From: Neocallimastix sp. 'constans'
Taxonomy: Eukaryota
Length of the DNA stretch: 64,000 nucleotides
Reading direction: 5' to 3'
Assembly (NCBI GenBank): GCA_050613775.1
Contig: JBODTK010000122.1
Coordinates: 310,001 to 374,000, forward strand
A model generated the notes under the pieces. That model was not told where the DNA came from. It did not search any database and saw only the letters and a list, made by a program, of their open reading frames with translations. Position numbers and translations under genes: made by a program. This document shows, in pieces, positions 28,202 through 49,492 of this stretch. Numbering within the stretch: position 1 is the stretch's first letter; every line of letters begins with the position of its first letter.

Positions 28202-29185
28202 TAACTACAACTACTACTACTACTACTAATAATAATAATAAAAATAATAATAGTAATAGTAATAGAAGTAGTAGTGGTAATAATAGTAATAATAAATAAT
28301 AATAAAATACACATATAAGTTTTTTTCTTACAAAAAAAAAAAAAAAAAAAAAAAAAAAAGAAACTAAATATATTAATTAAATGATTTATTTATTATTTAA
28401 AAAGGTTGTGGATACAAATAAAGATGATATGGCAGAAGAAGTTAAATTAGATGAAAATTCAGATAATAAATTAAATATAAATACTAATTCTTCATTAAGT
28501 TCTTCAAATTCAGGATTATTATCACCAATTAAAGAAGGTGAAGGTAAAGAAAGTCATTCACGATCGGTAAGCCATGATAGTAGTAGAAGGTCATCACATA
28601 GTAATAGTCCATCCCAAATGAGGTCATCACGTAGTAGTTTGAGAAGTGAAGATGGTGATATTAGAGTATCAGGAAGAAGAAGATCAACAAGAAGTTCGGA
28701 CGCTATAGATAGAAGTGAAAGAGAAAGACATGAAAGAGAGAGAGATGGGGATAGAGATAGTATATCTTCTAGAAGAAGATCTGCAAGGAATTCAGAAATT
28801 TCTGACAGAGAAAGAGATAGAATTAGAGACAGAGATAGAGAAAGAGATAGAGAAAGACGTCGTCAATCCAGGAATCAACAACTTAGTGATATTTTGGCTT
28901 CTGCAAATGCAAGTGGTATAGTTACGAAATCTGATGGTAAAACAGGTTCATCTGAACGTCGCCGTTCGCGTATGGAAGATATTGAATTAAGACTACAAGA
29001 AGTTCGTAATCGTCGTGAATCGATGAATATGAAGAAATCAGGTGGTGAAAATAACAATAATAATAATAATTCAGGTCCTGATGTAAAAGGTAAAGAATAG
29101 TTTAAGTTTATATTAATGTTATGAAAATTAAATTATTATTTTTAAAGGTCTTTATTAATTTCTTAATATAATTGTTTTTATTATT

Positions 29186-29235
<50 letters not shown>

Positions 29236-29299
29236 TAGTTTTATTATAAAATTAAAAATATATAATTATTATTCAATATTTTATAATTTAATATTAATA

Positions 29300-29331
<32 letters not shown>

Positions 29332-31112
29332 AAAAATAAAAATTATATCAATGAATTTAATAAATAGAAAATGAATCAAGATATCATAAAGAAATTGAAG
29401 AAAAGTCAAAACAAAGTACAGACTCTCCTGAATTAATTGCTTTAAGAAATAGAATTAGTCGTTTAGTTCAAAAGGATGTAAGTGAAAAAAATGTTTCTTC
29501 TCCAAGACAAAAGAGACAATCTTCTGTTAACAGTGATGATATTGATCCAAAGATTAAAGCTCTTTTATCTAAACGTAGTTCATTAGATGCATCATTAATA
29601 AAAGATTTACCAGGTATGGGTGCACCTGATTCTGATCGTTCATTACTTAGAAAAAGTTTTCAATTTTCAAATAATGATACTATAAAAGAAGATGAGGAAT
29701 CAGTTGAATATCCAGAAACAAATGATAAAACTTTAGAAGCGGAAAAATCTCCATTAAAAACTGAACTATCTATTGATGATTCGGATAATAGAACCCCAGC
29801 AGTGTCACCAATTAGAACAGAGATTAAACCAGAAGATGAAAATAAAGATGATGTGAATAAAGAAAATGAAGTAGGAGAAGAAAATCAAGAAAATGATGCA
29901 CTTCCAACACCTCCACAAGAAGAGGATGAATCTGCAAATGTTATGGAAGAACATCCAGAAGAAAAATCAAAAGAAACACCAATTCATAAAAATGAATATG
30001 ATGAACAAGAATTTGATGGTAATTATAAAAGATTAAATAATGATAATCATGGACAATCACGGAATGGTGGTATTGAAGTTAAACCAGTTTCTGAATTTAT
30101 GAAGAGTGATATGGGTCCCGAAGGTGAAGATGAATTTTGGGAATCTATGATTACTGAATTTAAGGATTACTTTATGGATATTCCTTCTTATGTTCTCCAG
30201 AAAATTAGAGGAGGTATTCCACATCATCTTCGTGGTAGAATATGGAAGGTTATGAGTGGAGCTGATAATAATCAGTTGGATACTCTTTATGATCAATTAT
30301 TAATGGAAGAATCACCATTTGAAAAACAAATTTTACGTGATGTTGCTAGAACTTTTCCACATATGTCAATGTTTAGTGAAAGAAATGGTAAAGGACAGAA
30401 TATGCTTTTTAATTTAATGAAAGCTTATTCTTTATATGATACAGAAGTTGGATATTGTCAAGGTCTTTGTTTTATTGTTGGTCCATTATTAATGCAAAGA
30501 GTAAGTTATTATTATTATTATTATTATTATTAATATAACTGTTATAATATTTTTTATTATTATTAATATAATTTTATTATTATTATTATTATTATTAATA
30601 TAATTATTATAATAAAATTTGAATATATTTATATTTTATTTATATATTTAATTAAAAATAAAATAATAAATATTATATAGTTAACAGAAAAGGAAGCTTT
30701 CTCTATATTTGTTCGCCTTATGGAAGAAACGGAAAGTAAACCAGAAAATGAATTAGAGGAAAATACAGAAGATACTCGTCAGACTAGAAGATATGCATTT
30801 AGAAGTTTATTTACTCCAAGAATGCCAGGTGTTAATTTAATGATGTATCAATTTGATTATTTCTTAAAAACATATTTACCAGCATTATATGGTCACTTAC
30901 TTAGACATAATGTTGTATCTACTATGTATGCTTCACAATGGTTCTTGGTAAATATTAACTATATTAATAGTATTAATGTATTAATATAATTTTAATTATA
31001 ATCATAAATTTTAAAAAAGATAATATTTTATTATTATTATTATTATTATATATTTAATTATAATTGAATAATTTAAATGATATATTAAAAAACATTTTTT
31101 AATAAAATAAAT

Positions 31113-31167
<55 letters not shown>

Positions 31168-32253
31168 CCTTAATTAATATGTTTATTTGTATATAATATT
31201 TAGACTATTTTCGCATATAATTTCCCATTACCATTGGTTTTTAGAATTTTTGATATTTTATTTGCTGAAGGTCCAGGTGTTACCATTTTGAGATTCTCTA
31301 TTGCTATTTTAAGAAGAAATCAATCACGTTTATTAGAAATGGAATCCTTTGAAGAATTATTAGAATTCTTAAAGGGTAATAAGATATTTGAAATATATGG
31401 TGAAGGTAGAGATGCTCATAATGATGTTGTTAATGATGCTATGAGTATGTGTAATATTATTTGTGAAACTGAATTAAGAAAATTAAGACAAGAGTTTGAA
31501 AGAACTGATGATTCCGTTCAAGTAGCTAATCATGGAGGTGAAATGGAATTATTATCAGCTCGTATGACATTGCGTGAACTTCGTCAACAAAGAAATTATG
31601 ATCATAATTTAATTGAAGAACTTAAAACTCAAATTGAAATTCTATCAGAAGAAGTTAATGAAGCAAGACGTGATGTGGATCCATTACGTGATGAAAATGA
31701 ATCACTTAGAGTTCAATGTCATGAATTAAAGGAATTATTGACAAATGAAGATCGTAGGTTACAATCAATTTGGGAAGATACTGTTCGTAAAATTGAACAA
31801 GAAAATGCTAAATTAAAGTATCAGTTACAACAGACAGAAAGTCAACTTATTGATGCTAAGGTATTAATGGCCAATATGGAAGAAGAAAAAGATATGTTAA
31901 TCAATTCTATTGAAGTATTAAAAAATACATTTGGAGCAAATGAAGTAAAACAAGCCCTTAATGCAAATTTAACAAATAATGGATCAATGAATGGTTCTCA
32001 GCATTCATTACGTCGTTCAGATAGTATTGCAAGTAATCGTAGTTTTCGTAGTCAAACTGGAAATGGTGGTGGTGGTTGGTTCAATAACGTTTCCAATGCT
32101 ATTTCCAATTATATGGAACAACGTCAATCTCATAGTAATGTCGGTTCTGCTCCTGGAAGTGTAGAAAATATGGATATGCTTGAGGAACCTGCGGCTGAAA
32201 GTCAAGATGGTCAACAACAAACTTCACGTTGGAAGTTTGGTTGGAATAAATAG
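27885..32253 (+). CDS. TBC-domain Rab GTPase-activating protein (EVI5/Gyp5-like); exons 27885-28121, 28405-29089, 29368-30500, 30681-30947, 31204-32253
   Basis: GIPHHLRGRIW, QILRDVARTFP (IxxDxxR), GYCQGLCF (YxQ), MYASQWFLTIFAY and VFRIFD motifs, followed by a coiled coil. All GT-AG junctions are in frame. Confidence 0.9.
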
Positions 32254-32262
32254 AAATATATA

Positions 32263-32308
<46 letters not shown>

Positions 32309-33150
32309 TTAAAGTAATATTAATTATTTTTTTATTTTTTAATTTTTTTTTTTTTTTTTAATATAAAATAATTATTATTATTAAATTGAATTAAATTATA
32401 AGTAATAAATCATTTTAATTTTTTTTTTTTTTTGTATTTTAATTTTATTTTATTATTAATATTAATCATCTTCAACTTTTATTATCTTTAAATATTTTTA
32501 GATACGTTTTAAATAATTTAATTTTTTTTTTTCTTTTACATTAAAAATTTAAGTTTTAAAAAATATTAAAAAAAAAAATTTAGTAATTTTTATTCTATTA
32601 AAAAATAATATTATATATATTATTATATAAAGAAAGAAAGGATAATAATAATAATAATAAATTAATAAAAATATTTCATTATTCATTATAAACCATCCAT
32701 AATTATTTAGAAAAGAAAAAAATATATATAAATATATATATAGATATAAAAAAAAAAAAAAAAAAAAAAAAATAGAAAGATAGAAAATTTATAATGAAAA
32801 TAAAAAATAAAATAATTATTATACATTAATAATATATCAATAATCAAAATAAATATTATTCATTCTTTTTTTGTATTATTTTTATTTTTATTTTTAATTT
32901 TTTTTTTTTTTTTTTTTTTTTCAAATTTAAAACTAATTATTATTGAATCAATATGCGATAATATAATAAAATAAATAAAATAAGTAAATATTTATATAAT
33001 TTATTTATAGCTGATTTTAATTAATTAAATTATAATAAGTGGTAATAATATAATAGATAAATAATTTAAATAAATAATACTTCATCTCCCTCAACTTTAT
33101 AATAATAATTAACATTTTTTTTTTATTTTTTTATAGATATATGTATTGAT

Positions 33151-40601
<7,451 letters not shown>

Positions 40602-41768
40602 TTTAAAAAATAATAATTTATTATATACATTAACTCAATATTTGATTTTATATTTTATTTATTTATATAATTTATAATTAATAAAGCTTCTACTTATTAT
40701 ATATGTATATTATGAAACAGATAAAAGAAATATTAATATATATTCAGAAATTAAAAATAATTTCCATATAATTATATAAATTAATATATAAATAAAGAGC
40801 ATTTAATAAATCAAATGACTTTTTTTTTTTTTTTTTCATAAATTTAAATTTAAATAACAAAAAATTGAATATATTTATATTTATTTTATTTTAAATAATA
40901 ATAATAATAATAAACATGTATGTTTAATTAAATTTCAAATAATATTATATAATTATCATTTATTAATATTATTTGAAATTTAATTAAAGTATACTGCAAT
41001 ATTGAATTTCATTAATATAATAACAATAATTATATTAAATAAGAAGAAGAAAAAAAAAACTTTTGAATATAATTGCTTAAATCATTTCAATGTAATATTA
41101 TAATAATTTTTGTTTTTATTATTATAATTTTAACAAATTATGATTTGAATTTATTTATTGAAAACTTTAAAATATATACTTTATATATTTATATATCAAA
41201 AATATGAAAAAACTAAAATAATTTGTTTTATAAATATTTTTTAAAGAATTTATCTTTACATGTTTTTTAATTGGAGTTTTTCTTTTAATAAATTATTATA
41301 CTTCAATTTTTTTATAAACCATAATATTTTATTTTTCTTTTAATTTTAAAGTAATTAAAAAATATTTCTTTAACTTCGATTAATATACAATTTAATCTGC
41401 CAATCATATCAATGCAAAAAATTTAAAAGATTAATAAATAATTATGGTAATAATGCCATAAATTATTTATATCAATATTAACATTCATTTCTAATTATTT
41501 ATATAAATATTTATTATAAAAAAAAATTCTTTATGTAATATTTATTAATATAAAAAAAAATTATAAAATTTTATATAAAATTTTAATTATAAATTTTAAA
41601 TATTTTTCAGTATTTATTTGATTTAAATGAATTATATATTCAATCACTTTTATATAAAGAAATATATAAAGTATTAGTAATAATTTATTCCAAAAAAAAA
41701 TTTTTTTTGAGAATATTCATAATATTGTTTTTTTAATATGATAAATTTTTTTTATATATGTGAAAAAT

Positions 41769-41799
<31 letters not shown>

Positions 41800-42094
41800 C
41801 ATTTTTATTATAAAAAATTCAATTATTATTATTATTATTTTTTTTTTGTAAAGTTTAAAAAAAAAATAAATTATTGAAAATAAAGTTAAAATAATATGTA
41901 TCAATTATTTGTAAAATATTATCATTGAAAAATATGAAATATACCCAAAAAAAAAAAAAAAATATGACCAATAAAATAAAATTTTAATTTTAAATATAAA
42001 TTATTATTTAATATTAAAGTTGAAAGATTTCTTTTAAATTTTAAATAATAATAAATTATATAAAATATGAAGTATTAATTTATTCATTTAACAA

Positions 42095-42145
<51 letters not shown>

Positions 42146-45036
42146 GCTAAAAATCCTAATATAAGTATAAATAATATATTAAATTAATATTAAAAAATAT
42201 TTTCTTTTTATTTATTTACTTTAAAGTATAAAATAATAAATATATTAAAAAACATCGTATATTAGATTGTGAAGAAGTTTTATTTTTTTTATAGAGAATG
42301 AAATTACAAATTTATTCTTTACTAATAGTTTATTATAATTATTTATTAATAATTATCCTAAATAACCCTTAATATATAAGAAAATAATGATTATTTATAT
42401 AATATTTAATTTTATGCTTAAATTTATTAGTAATAAGGGTTTAATTAGTATTATAAAGTGTCTGCTATTAAATGAATAAATAAATAAATTGATGGAAGCA
42501 AAAAGAAGTAAATAAGAAAATAAATGAAGTAAATATTTTATGTGAAGAAATAATTAAAACAGAAAATGAAAAATTAATTCAAGAAGGTATTATAATTGTT
42601 TTATCGTTTTATGAATAGTTTAATTTAAAAAATTATAAAAATAATAATTCTTATTATTAAATGATTTTCAATTTATGATTTATATTTTAAGTATTAAAAG
42701 TCTCCAAAAAATTAAAAGCATTACTTTAAATAATTCCAATTTAAACTAGAATTTTCAACGTTATGTAGATAAGAATAAAACCAAAGCAAAGCTTTCTTTT
42801 TTATAACTGAATTATTTTATGAAAGAATTAATATATATAATTTATCTTATATTATATAATTAATTATGTATATTTTCAATTGATAATATATTATTATTAT
42901 TTTATTATAGTTAACAATTAGAGTTCTCTAATTTTCAACTTTTAAATTTTTCAGAGGGCAATGATAAAATATTAATTTCTGATGACTGAAGATGTAAATA
43001 TTACTCTGTTAAATTGCTATTATTTTTGGATATTTTTACTAAATTTAATTATATATATATATATAAAAGTTTGTTAGTTCTGGTTCGTATGGCTAAAATT
43101 TTGTTCTTGAAAAGTTATTAGGCCGTGAATTATAAGATTATGTAAATATTTTATATATTATTATGTATTTTTAGATCTATCACTAAGAATTTTTTTTTTC
43201 TTTTTTATTTTTTTTTAATATTTATTATATTTAATTTATTAATAATATTATTCCTTCAAAATTTATGAGGCTTCAAAAGTAATTTAATTTTAATTATTAA
43301 CAAATTTACAGTATTATTTTATTGTTTTTACATACTTTAAAAAATTTTTTAAAAAAATTCGATAAATAATTATAATTTCATTGGATATTTAATAATTTAA
43401 AGAATTATCTTTAATATACACATATATTATATAAAAATTAATTACGTAAAATTTAATAAAATATATGTATATTTTAATATAAATAAATTGATATTTTTTT
43501 TATAATAAAAAAAATATTCAATGATTTTAAAACAATAAAATAATAAAATATAACTTCCAAAATAGGGTAAAATTAAAAATTACAATTAAATTTTGTTAAA
43601 AGTAAACAATAACTTTAAAAACTTTAATTGTTAAACTAGTTAATAATTATTATATTATTAAAATATTTAATATATATATTCATATTATAAATTATAAATT
43701 ACATCCATATTTTAATTCATATAGACACCTATTTACAAGTAATATTATATTAATAAATTTAAAGTAATTTAACAAAAAATTTATATTTATAAATAACAAA
43801 TAATATAATATTTAATAATGTAAAAAATTTAATATATCATTATGTATTATTTATAGTCTTAAAAGCATTTTAAATTATTTTTTAAATAAAGTAATGATGA
43901 TGCATAAGAATATTATTATATAAATAGTTTAATGTTATTTTAAAAGTTTATGAAATATATTATATAATGTTATTTAATTATAGATTAAAATTTTTAAACT
44001 TTTTTATTTCATGACGTATATGTAGAATATTTTAATTTTAGGAAATTTTTTATAATCCTTTTGATATGGGTTCAAATTTAATTTTTATATATTTATTATA
44101 ATTAGTACAACTAAATTACATAAATAGATAACTAATGAAACAAAATAAAACACAACAAATATACAAAAAAAAACACTACATAATATATATTTTTTAATAC
44201 CAAACTAGTATTTTAATTATAATTTTTAATCATAAATTTGAGTCACATTATAATGTAATATTTAAAATTTAAAAATATAAATATTATTTTATTAAATATT
44301 ATATTTTTTATATATTATAAAAATTTTATTTAACAAAAGAAAAAAATATTGTATATTGTTATTAATTTAAATATAATATCCAAATAAAAATATGTATTAA
44401 TTATTTTTAAATATTTTATTCTATATCTTATTTTTATAATGATTATATTTTTTATTTTATTTGATTTTTTCATTTTTTTATTTTATTATTTTTAATAAGT
44501 ATTTTTTATTTTTTAATTTTTTTTTTATTTTAATATATGAATAATTGTTTAGACATTTATGTTCATATACACTTAATCATTTAAATTAAAACCCAAATTA
44601 AATGATATAAAATTAAATTTATAAAAGTAACAGCGACAAAAATACTAATACAAAGAAGTAAAAAAAGAAGGACAGAAAATTTTATATTTTTGCTATTTAT
44701 TTTATTTATAAATACTTTATAAAAAAAATTAAAAATATACTTAAAATAGTTTATAAAATAATGGCATTTAATAATAATGTATAAAAGTAATAATAAATAA
44801 ATAATCGAAAAGAAAAAATACAAAAAAAATTAAGTAGAAAAAAAAATTTATTATCCATTTTATATAAAATAAAAATTAAAAATTTAAAATATATATTTAA
44901 ATATATTTATATAAGTTCAATATTATTATATAATAATATTAAAAATTTATACATAAAATTACTATTTATTATATTTATTATGCTGTAATGAAAAACCTTA
45001 TTAATATTAAATATCTTTAAAAAGTTTTTTTTTTAT

Positions 45037-45105
<69 letters not shown>

Positions 45106-45478
45106 AATTAATTATATTTTTTATTAATAATTTTATTATATAAATATATATTTTAAATTTTATGTAATTTTAATTTTTTTTTATTTTAATTTTTTTTTAT
45201 TTTTTTTACTTTTTTATATATATATATATAAATAAATTTAATAATTTCAATAAAAATATTTATTAATAAATAGTATTTATAATAAATATATAATAAAGTA
45301 TAATAAAAATAGTCATTATTAGGGTCAATAAACAATATTATCAATTATGAACAATATTTTGAAAGTGAATAAATAAGAAGTCCATCTATCAATATTATTC
45401 AATATTATTTGTATTAATTTTATTTTATAAATATCTATTCTTTATTGTGATAATAATAATTATAATAATATTAATAAT

Positions 45479-45521
<43 letters not shown>

Positions 45522-45574
45522 CAAAAAATAAAAACAAAAAATAAAAATGAAAATAAAAATAAAAATAAAAATAA

Positions 45575-45640
45575 AATAAAATAAAATAAAATAAATAGTA
45601 GAAATATAAATGTAAAGTACAGATTGAACAAAATAAAATT
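45575..45640. repeat. Solo monomer of the 52-bp satellite
   Basis: AAATAGTAGAAATATAAATGTAAAGTACAGATTGAAC differs from the array consensus at about 2 positions. Confidence 0.85.
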
Positions 45641-45667
45641 AAATATAATAAATTTATATTCAAAAAA

Positions 45668-45702
<35 letters not shown>

Positions 45703-45713
45703 AAAATAAAATA

Positions 45714-45750
<37 letters not shown>

Positions 45751-46481
45751 TTCAAATAATAAAAAATAACATATAGAATCAATAAATTGTTAATCTTATC
45801 AATATATATTCAATAATATTTCACTTAAAAAAATAAGGAAATGATTGAGTGATATAAAAACTATAAAATATATATTGGACAAAATTTAATTTCAAGAAAA
45901 ACACATTTGTATATTTTATATTTTTTCAATATGTAATATTTTTTAAATTAATATATTTAAATATTTTTAAAGAATATATATATATATATATATTTTTTTT
46001 TTCTTCAATTACTTAAATATTAACCTTTATTTAACTTTTCATATAATATATATATATATATTTATGTAATTCAGCTAACTTTTTCATTTAATAAAGCAAT
46101 ATCATTTATATTTATTTTATCAAATAAATAATATATAATAATTTGTAATATAAGTTCTCAACATAAAAATCAACTATTAAACATTATAAACAATAATATT
46201 ATTATTATCGATAGTCTTTATTTAAAAAAATATTAAAGTAATTTCAAAATTCGCACATATTAATATATTATTAAATACGGAAAAATAATTATTTCATATT
46301 ATTTCATAAAAAAATTATTATAAAAAGGTATATTATAAAATTTAATTTTCAATCTATTGAAACAAATTTTATTATTTGAAATAAAAATTTATATTGCAAT
46401 TATAAAATTAATAAGATATAATATATTTTTAATAATATTGTAAATTATTATAAATTTTAAAAATGTCAGTGAATAAACAAA

Positions 46482-47416
46482 ATGGGTAATCTTTTTTCAA
46501 CTTTTGAAAAGAAAAAAGATGAAGATGATTCAAAATTTAAAAAATCAGATCTTAAGAAAAAGCAAAACTTTAGAAAAATGGTTAAAAATCAAAAAATTGT
46601 TATTGGTGAACCTTTAAAAAATACATTTACTGTAATATTAGCTTTTTATCTCAATATAATTAAAAAATTGAATTTATAATGTCATTAATAAAGCAAAATT
46701 ATAATAATATATATTTTTTTTAATAGCATTGCAATCATATGGGTACAGATGATGTTAAAGGAGGAAATATTGATGTAATTTTATTTTATTTTTTATTTTT
46801 TATTTTTTTTTTTTTTTTTATTTTTTTTAATTTTTTTATTATTGTTAATATATATTTAATAATATTAATTAATAAATAAATATTAATATTATAATTATTT
46901 TAAAAAAAAATTTATATTATTAAATATAAATAGAAAAATGTATTTTGTGAAGTTGTAGCAATAAAACTTGAGGTATAATAGATAAATAAATATTATATAT
47001 TAATTATAATATGAATATATTACAAAAATAAATATAAAATATAAATTTTTTGGTATTTTTTTTTATTAAAAATAATAAAAAAAAGTAATCATAAATTGTT
47101 TATGTCATTAATATTTGAATAATGTTTTCATTCAAATTTAAGTAAATAATAAATAGTAAATGGAATTTTTTTAAAAGTATAGAATAAATAATGAATAAAT
47201 ATATGTTCATTATTTATAGTCAATGAATAATTTATAAAAAAATATAAATAATTAATAATATATATTTAAATAATTGATAATATATATTTAAATAAATATT
47301 TTCCAATTTTCGATATTTATTCATTCTCAAAATAAAAATGTATTTATGAAATATACAGAAAAGAAAATTGAAATATTTAAATATAAAATAATATAATTAA
47401 CAACAATAATAATATA

Positions 47417-47447
<31 letters not shown>

Positions 47448-48801
47448 CAACAAAAATATGGATGAAACAAATAATATTAAATTAAATTAATTGTATAATA
47501 AAGCAATACTTTTTTTTTCTATTGCAATTATAAGTTGTTTTTATAAATTCAAATAAATATTTATATTTTAATATATTTAATATAAAATTAATTAAATATT
47601 TTAAAAAAAAAAAAAAAAAAAAATAAAAAATAAAAAATAAAAATAAAAATAAAAAAATAAAAAAATAAAGAAATAAAAAATAAAAATAAAATAAAATTAT
47701 AAATAAATAATATATAAATAACAAATAAAGTGTATTCCTGAATAAAAGAAATTAATAATTATAAACAAAATTTATTTTTTATGTAATATATACAATTATT
47801 TATAAATATATGAACATTATTAATTTAATATTTAATTTATTTATTTATATGATATTCAATTTATACTACAATATATAAAATATTAATATAATATTTAGGA
47901 TTTTGAAGGAATGAAAGAAGATACTATAGAAGAACCAAAAAATGAAAAGAAAAAAGAAACAGAAGAAATAAAAAAAGATGAAGTAACTGAAGAAGGAGTA
48001 AAAGAAGAAAAAAAAGATGAAGTAATTGAAGAAGAAGCAAAAGAAGAAAAAAAAGATGAAGAAATTAAAGTAGATGCAAAAGAAGAGAAAAAGGAGGTAA
48101 TTGAAGAAGAAGTAAAAGAAGAAAAAAAAGATGAAAAAATTAAAGAAGAAGTAATTGAAGAAAAAAAAGAAGTAATTGAAGAAGAAGTAAAAGAAGAAAA
48201 AAAAGAGGAAGTTATTGAAGAAGAAAAAAAAGAAGTAGCTGAACAAAATAATGAAACTCTTATAAATATGGAAAAAAAAGATGATAATGGAGAATCATCT
48301 TCAGTGTCTGAGGAGGAAGTGGTTATAATTAAAGAAGCGGAAGACAAAAATTCACAAAAAGAAAAGGGTGAAGAAAATGCTGAAGATAAGATTGAAAAAG
48401 AAATAGAAGAAAAAGTGGAAGAGGAAAAAACCGAAGAGGAAAAAGTTGAAGAAAAAATAGAAAAAGCCGAAGAAAAGAAGAAAGAGAATGAAAATTCATC
48501 AGTTAATGATGAAGTCGTTAAAGAAGCAGAAAATGAGGAAGAAAAAAAGGAAGAAAATAATAATGAGGAAAATAATAATAAGGAAAAAATAGAGGCAAAT
48601 GAAAAGCTAAAAGAAGAATCAAATGAAGATAATAAAAAAGAAATAGTAGCAACAGAAGAAAAGCTAAAAGATTCTAATGAAAGTTCAAACAGAAAGTCAA
48701 GTAATTCAATAGAACTAGAACAAGATATCCAAAATATAATTAATAAAATAGATGATTATCAAGAAGATATTTCACTTGATGATCCATCAAAATTAAACTA
48801 A
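46482..48801 (+). CDS. CRIB-motif protein with N-terminal Gly2 (myristoylation-like) and E/K-rich tail; exons 46482-46631, 46727-46774, 46934-46972, 47899-48801
   Basis: Three phase-0 GT-AG introns join MGNLFS...KIVIGEPLKNTFT|HCNHMGTDD...|KNVFCEVVAIKLE|DFEGMKE... The segment IGEPxxxxFxHxxHMG matches the CRIB consensus. Confidence 0.75.
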
Positions 48802-49492
48802 TTTATTTTTATTATTTTATTTTAATTTTTTTTTTTACTTTATATTTATTAGAAAAAAATGATTTATAATATATAAACTATTTTAAATTAATAGTATTTT
48901 TTTTTTACTTATATAAATATTTAATAAATATATAAACATTATTCATTTTATTTATAACTTAAAAAATTCTTATTATAATTTACATATATATTTCACAATT
49001 ATAAATAAATAATAAAAAAACGAATTAAATATTTATATTCAAATGTAATAATTGTTATTAAACTATTGATTTATGAAAAAATAAAAATATAATTAATTAT
49101 ATTTACTATTAATTTTAATTTTTATAGTTTAGTAATGAGATCAAAAACAAAAACAAAAACAAAAGAGAACAAAATAAAAAAAAATAAAATATAAAAAAAA
49201 AAAAAAAAAAAAAAAAATAATAATTTTAAGATTTCATAATATAACACTAAATAAACAATTATATAATTAATATAAATTACTCATAAAAATTTTTTTTCAA
49301 TAAGTAATATTTTCTTATTTGAATACTAATCTTTATCTTTTATTTATTTCTATGAAGTCCCTCTTATACTAAATTTTCTTGTGTTATTAATTTAATCTTT
49401 AATACATTATTTATTTTCTATTTTCTATAACTGTATATACAATAAACTAACTAAATTTGTATTAATATATTATAATATATTAATATTTTATT

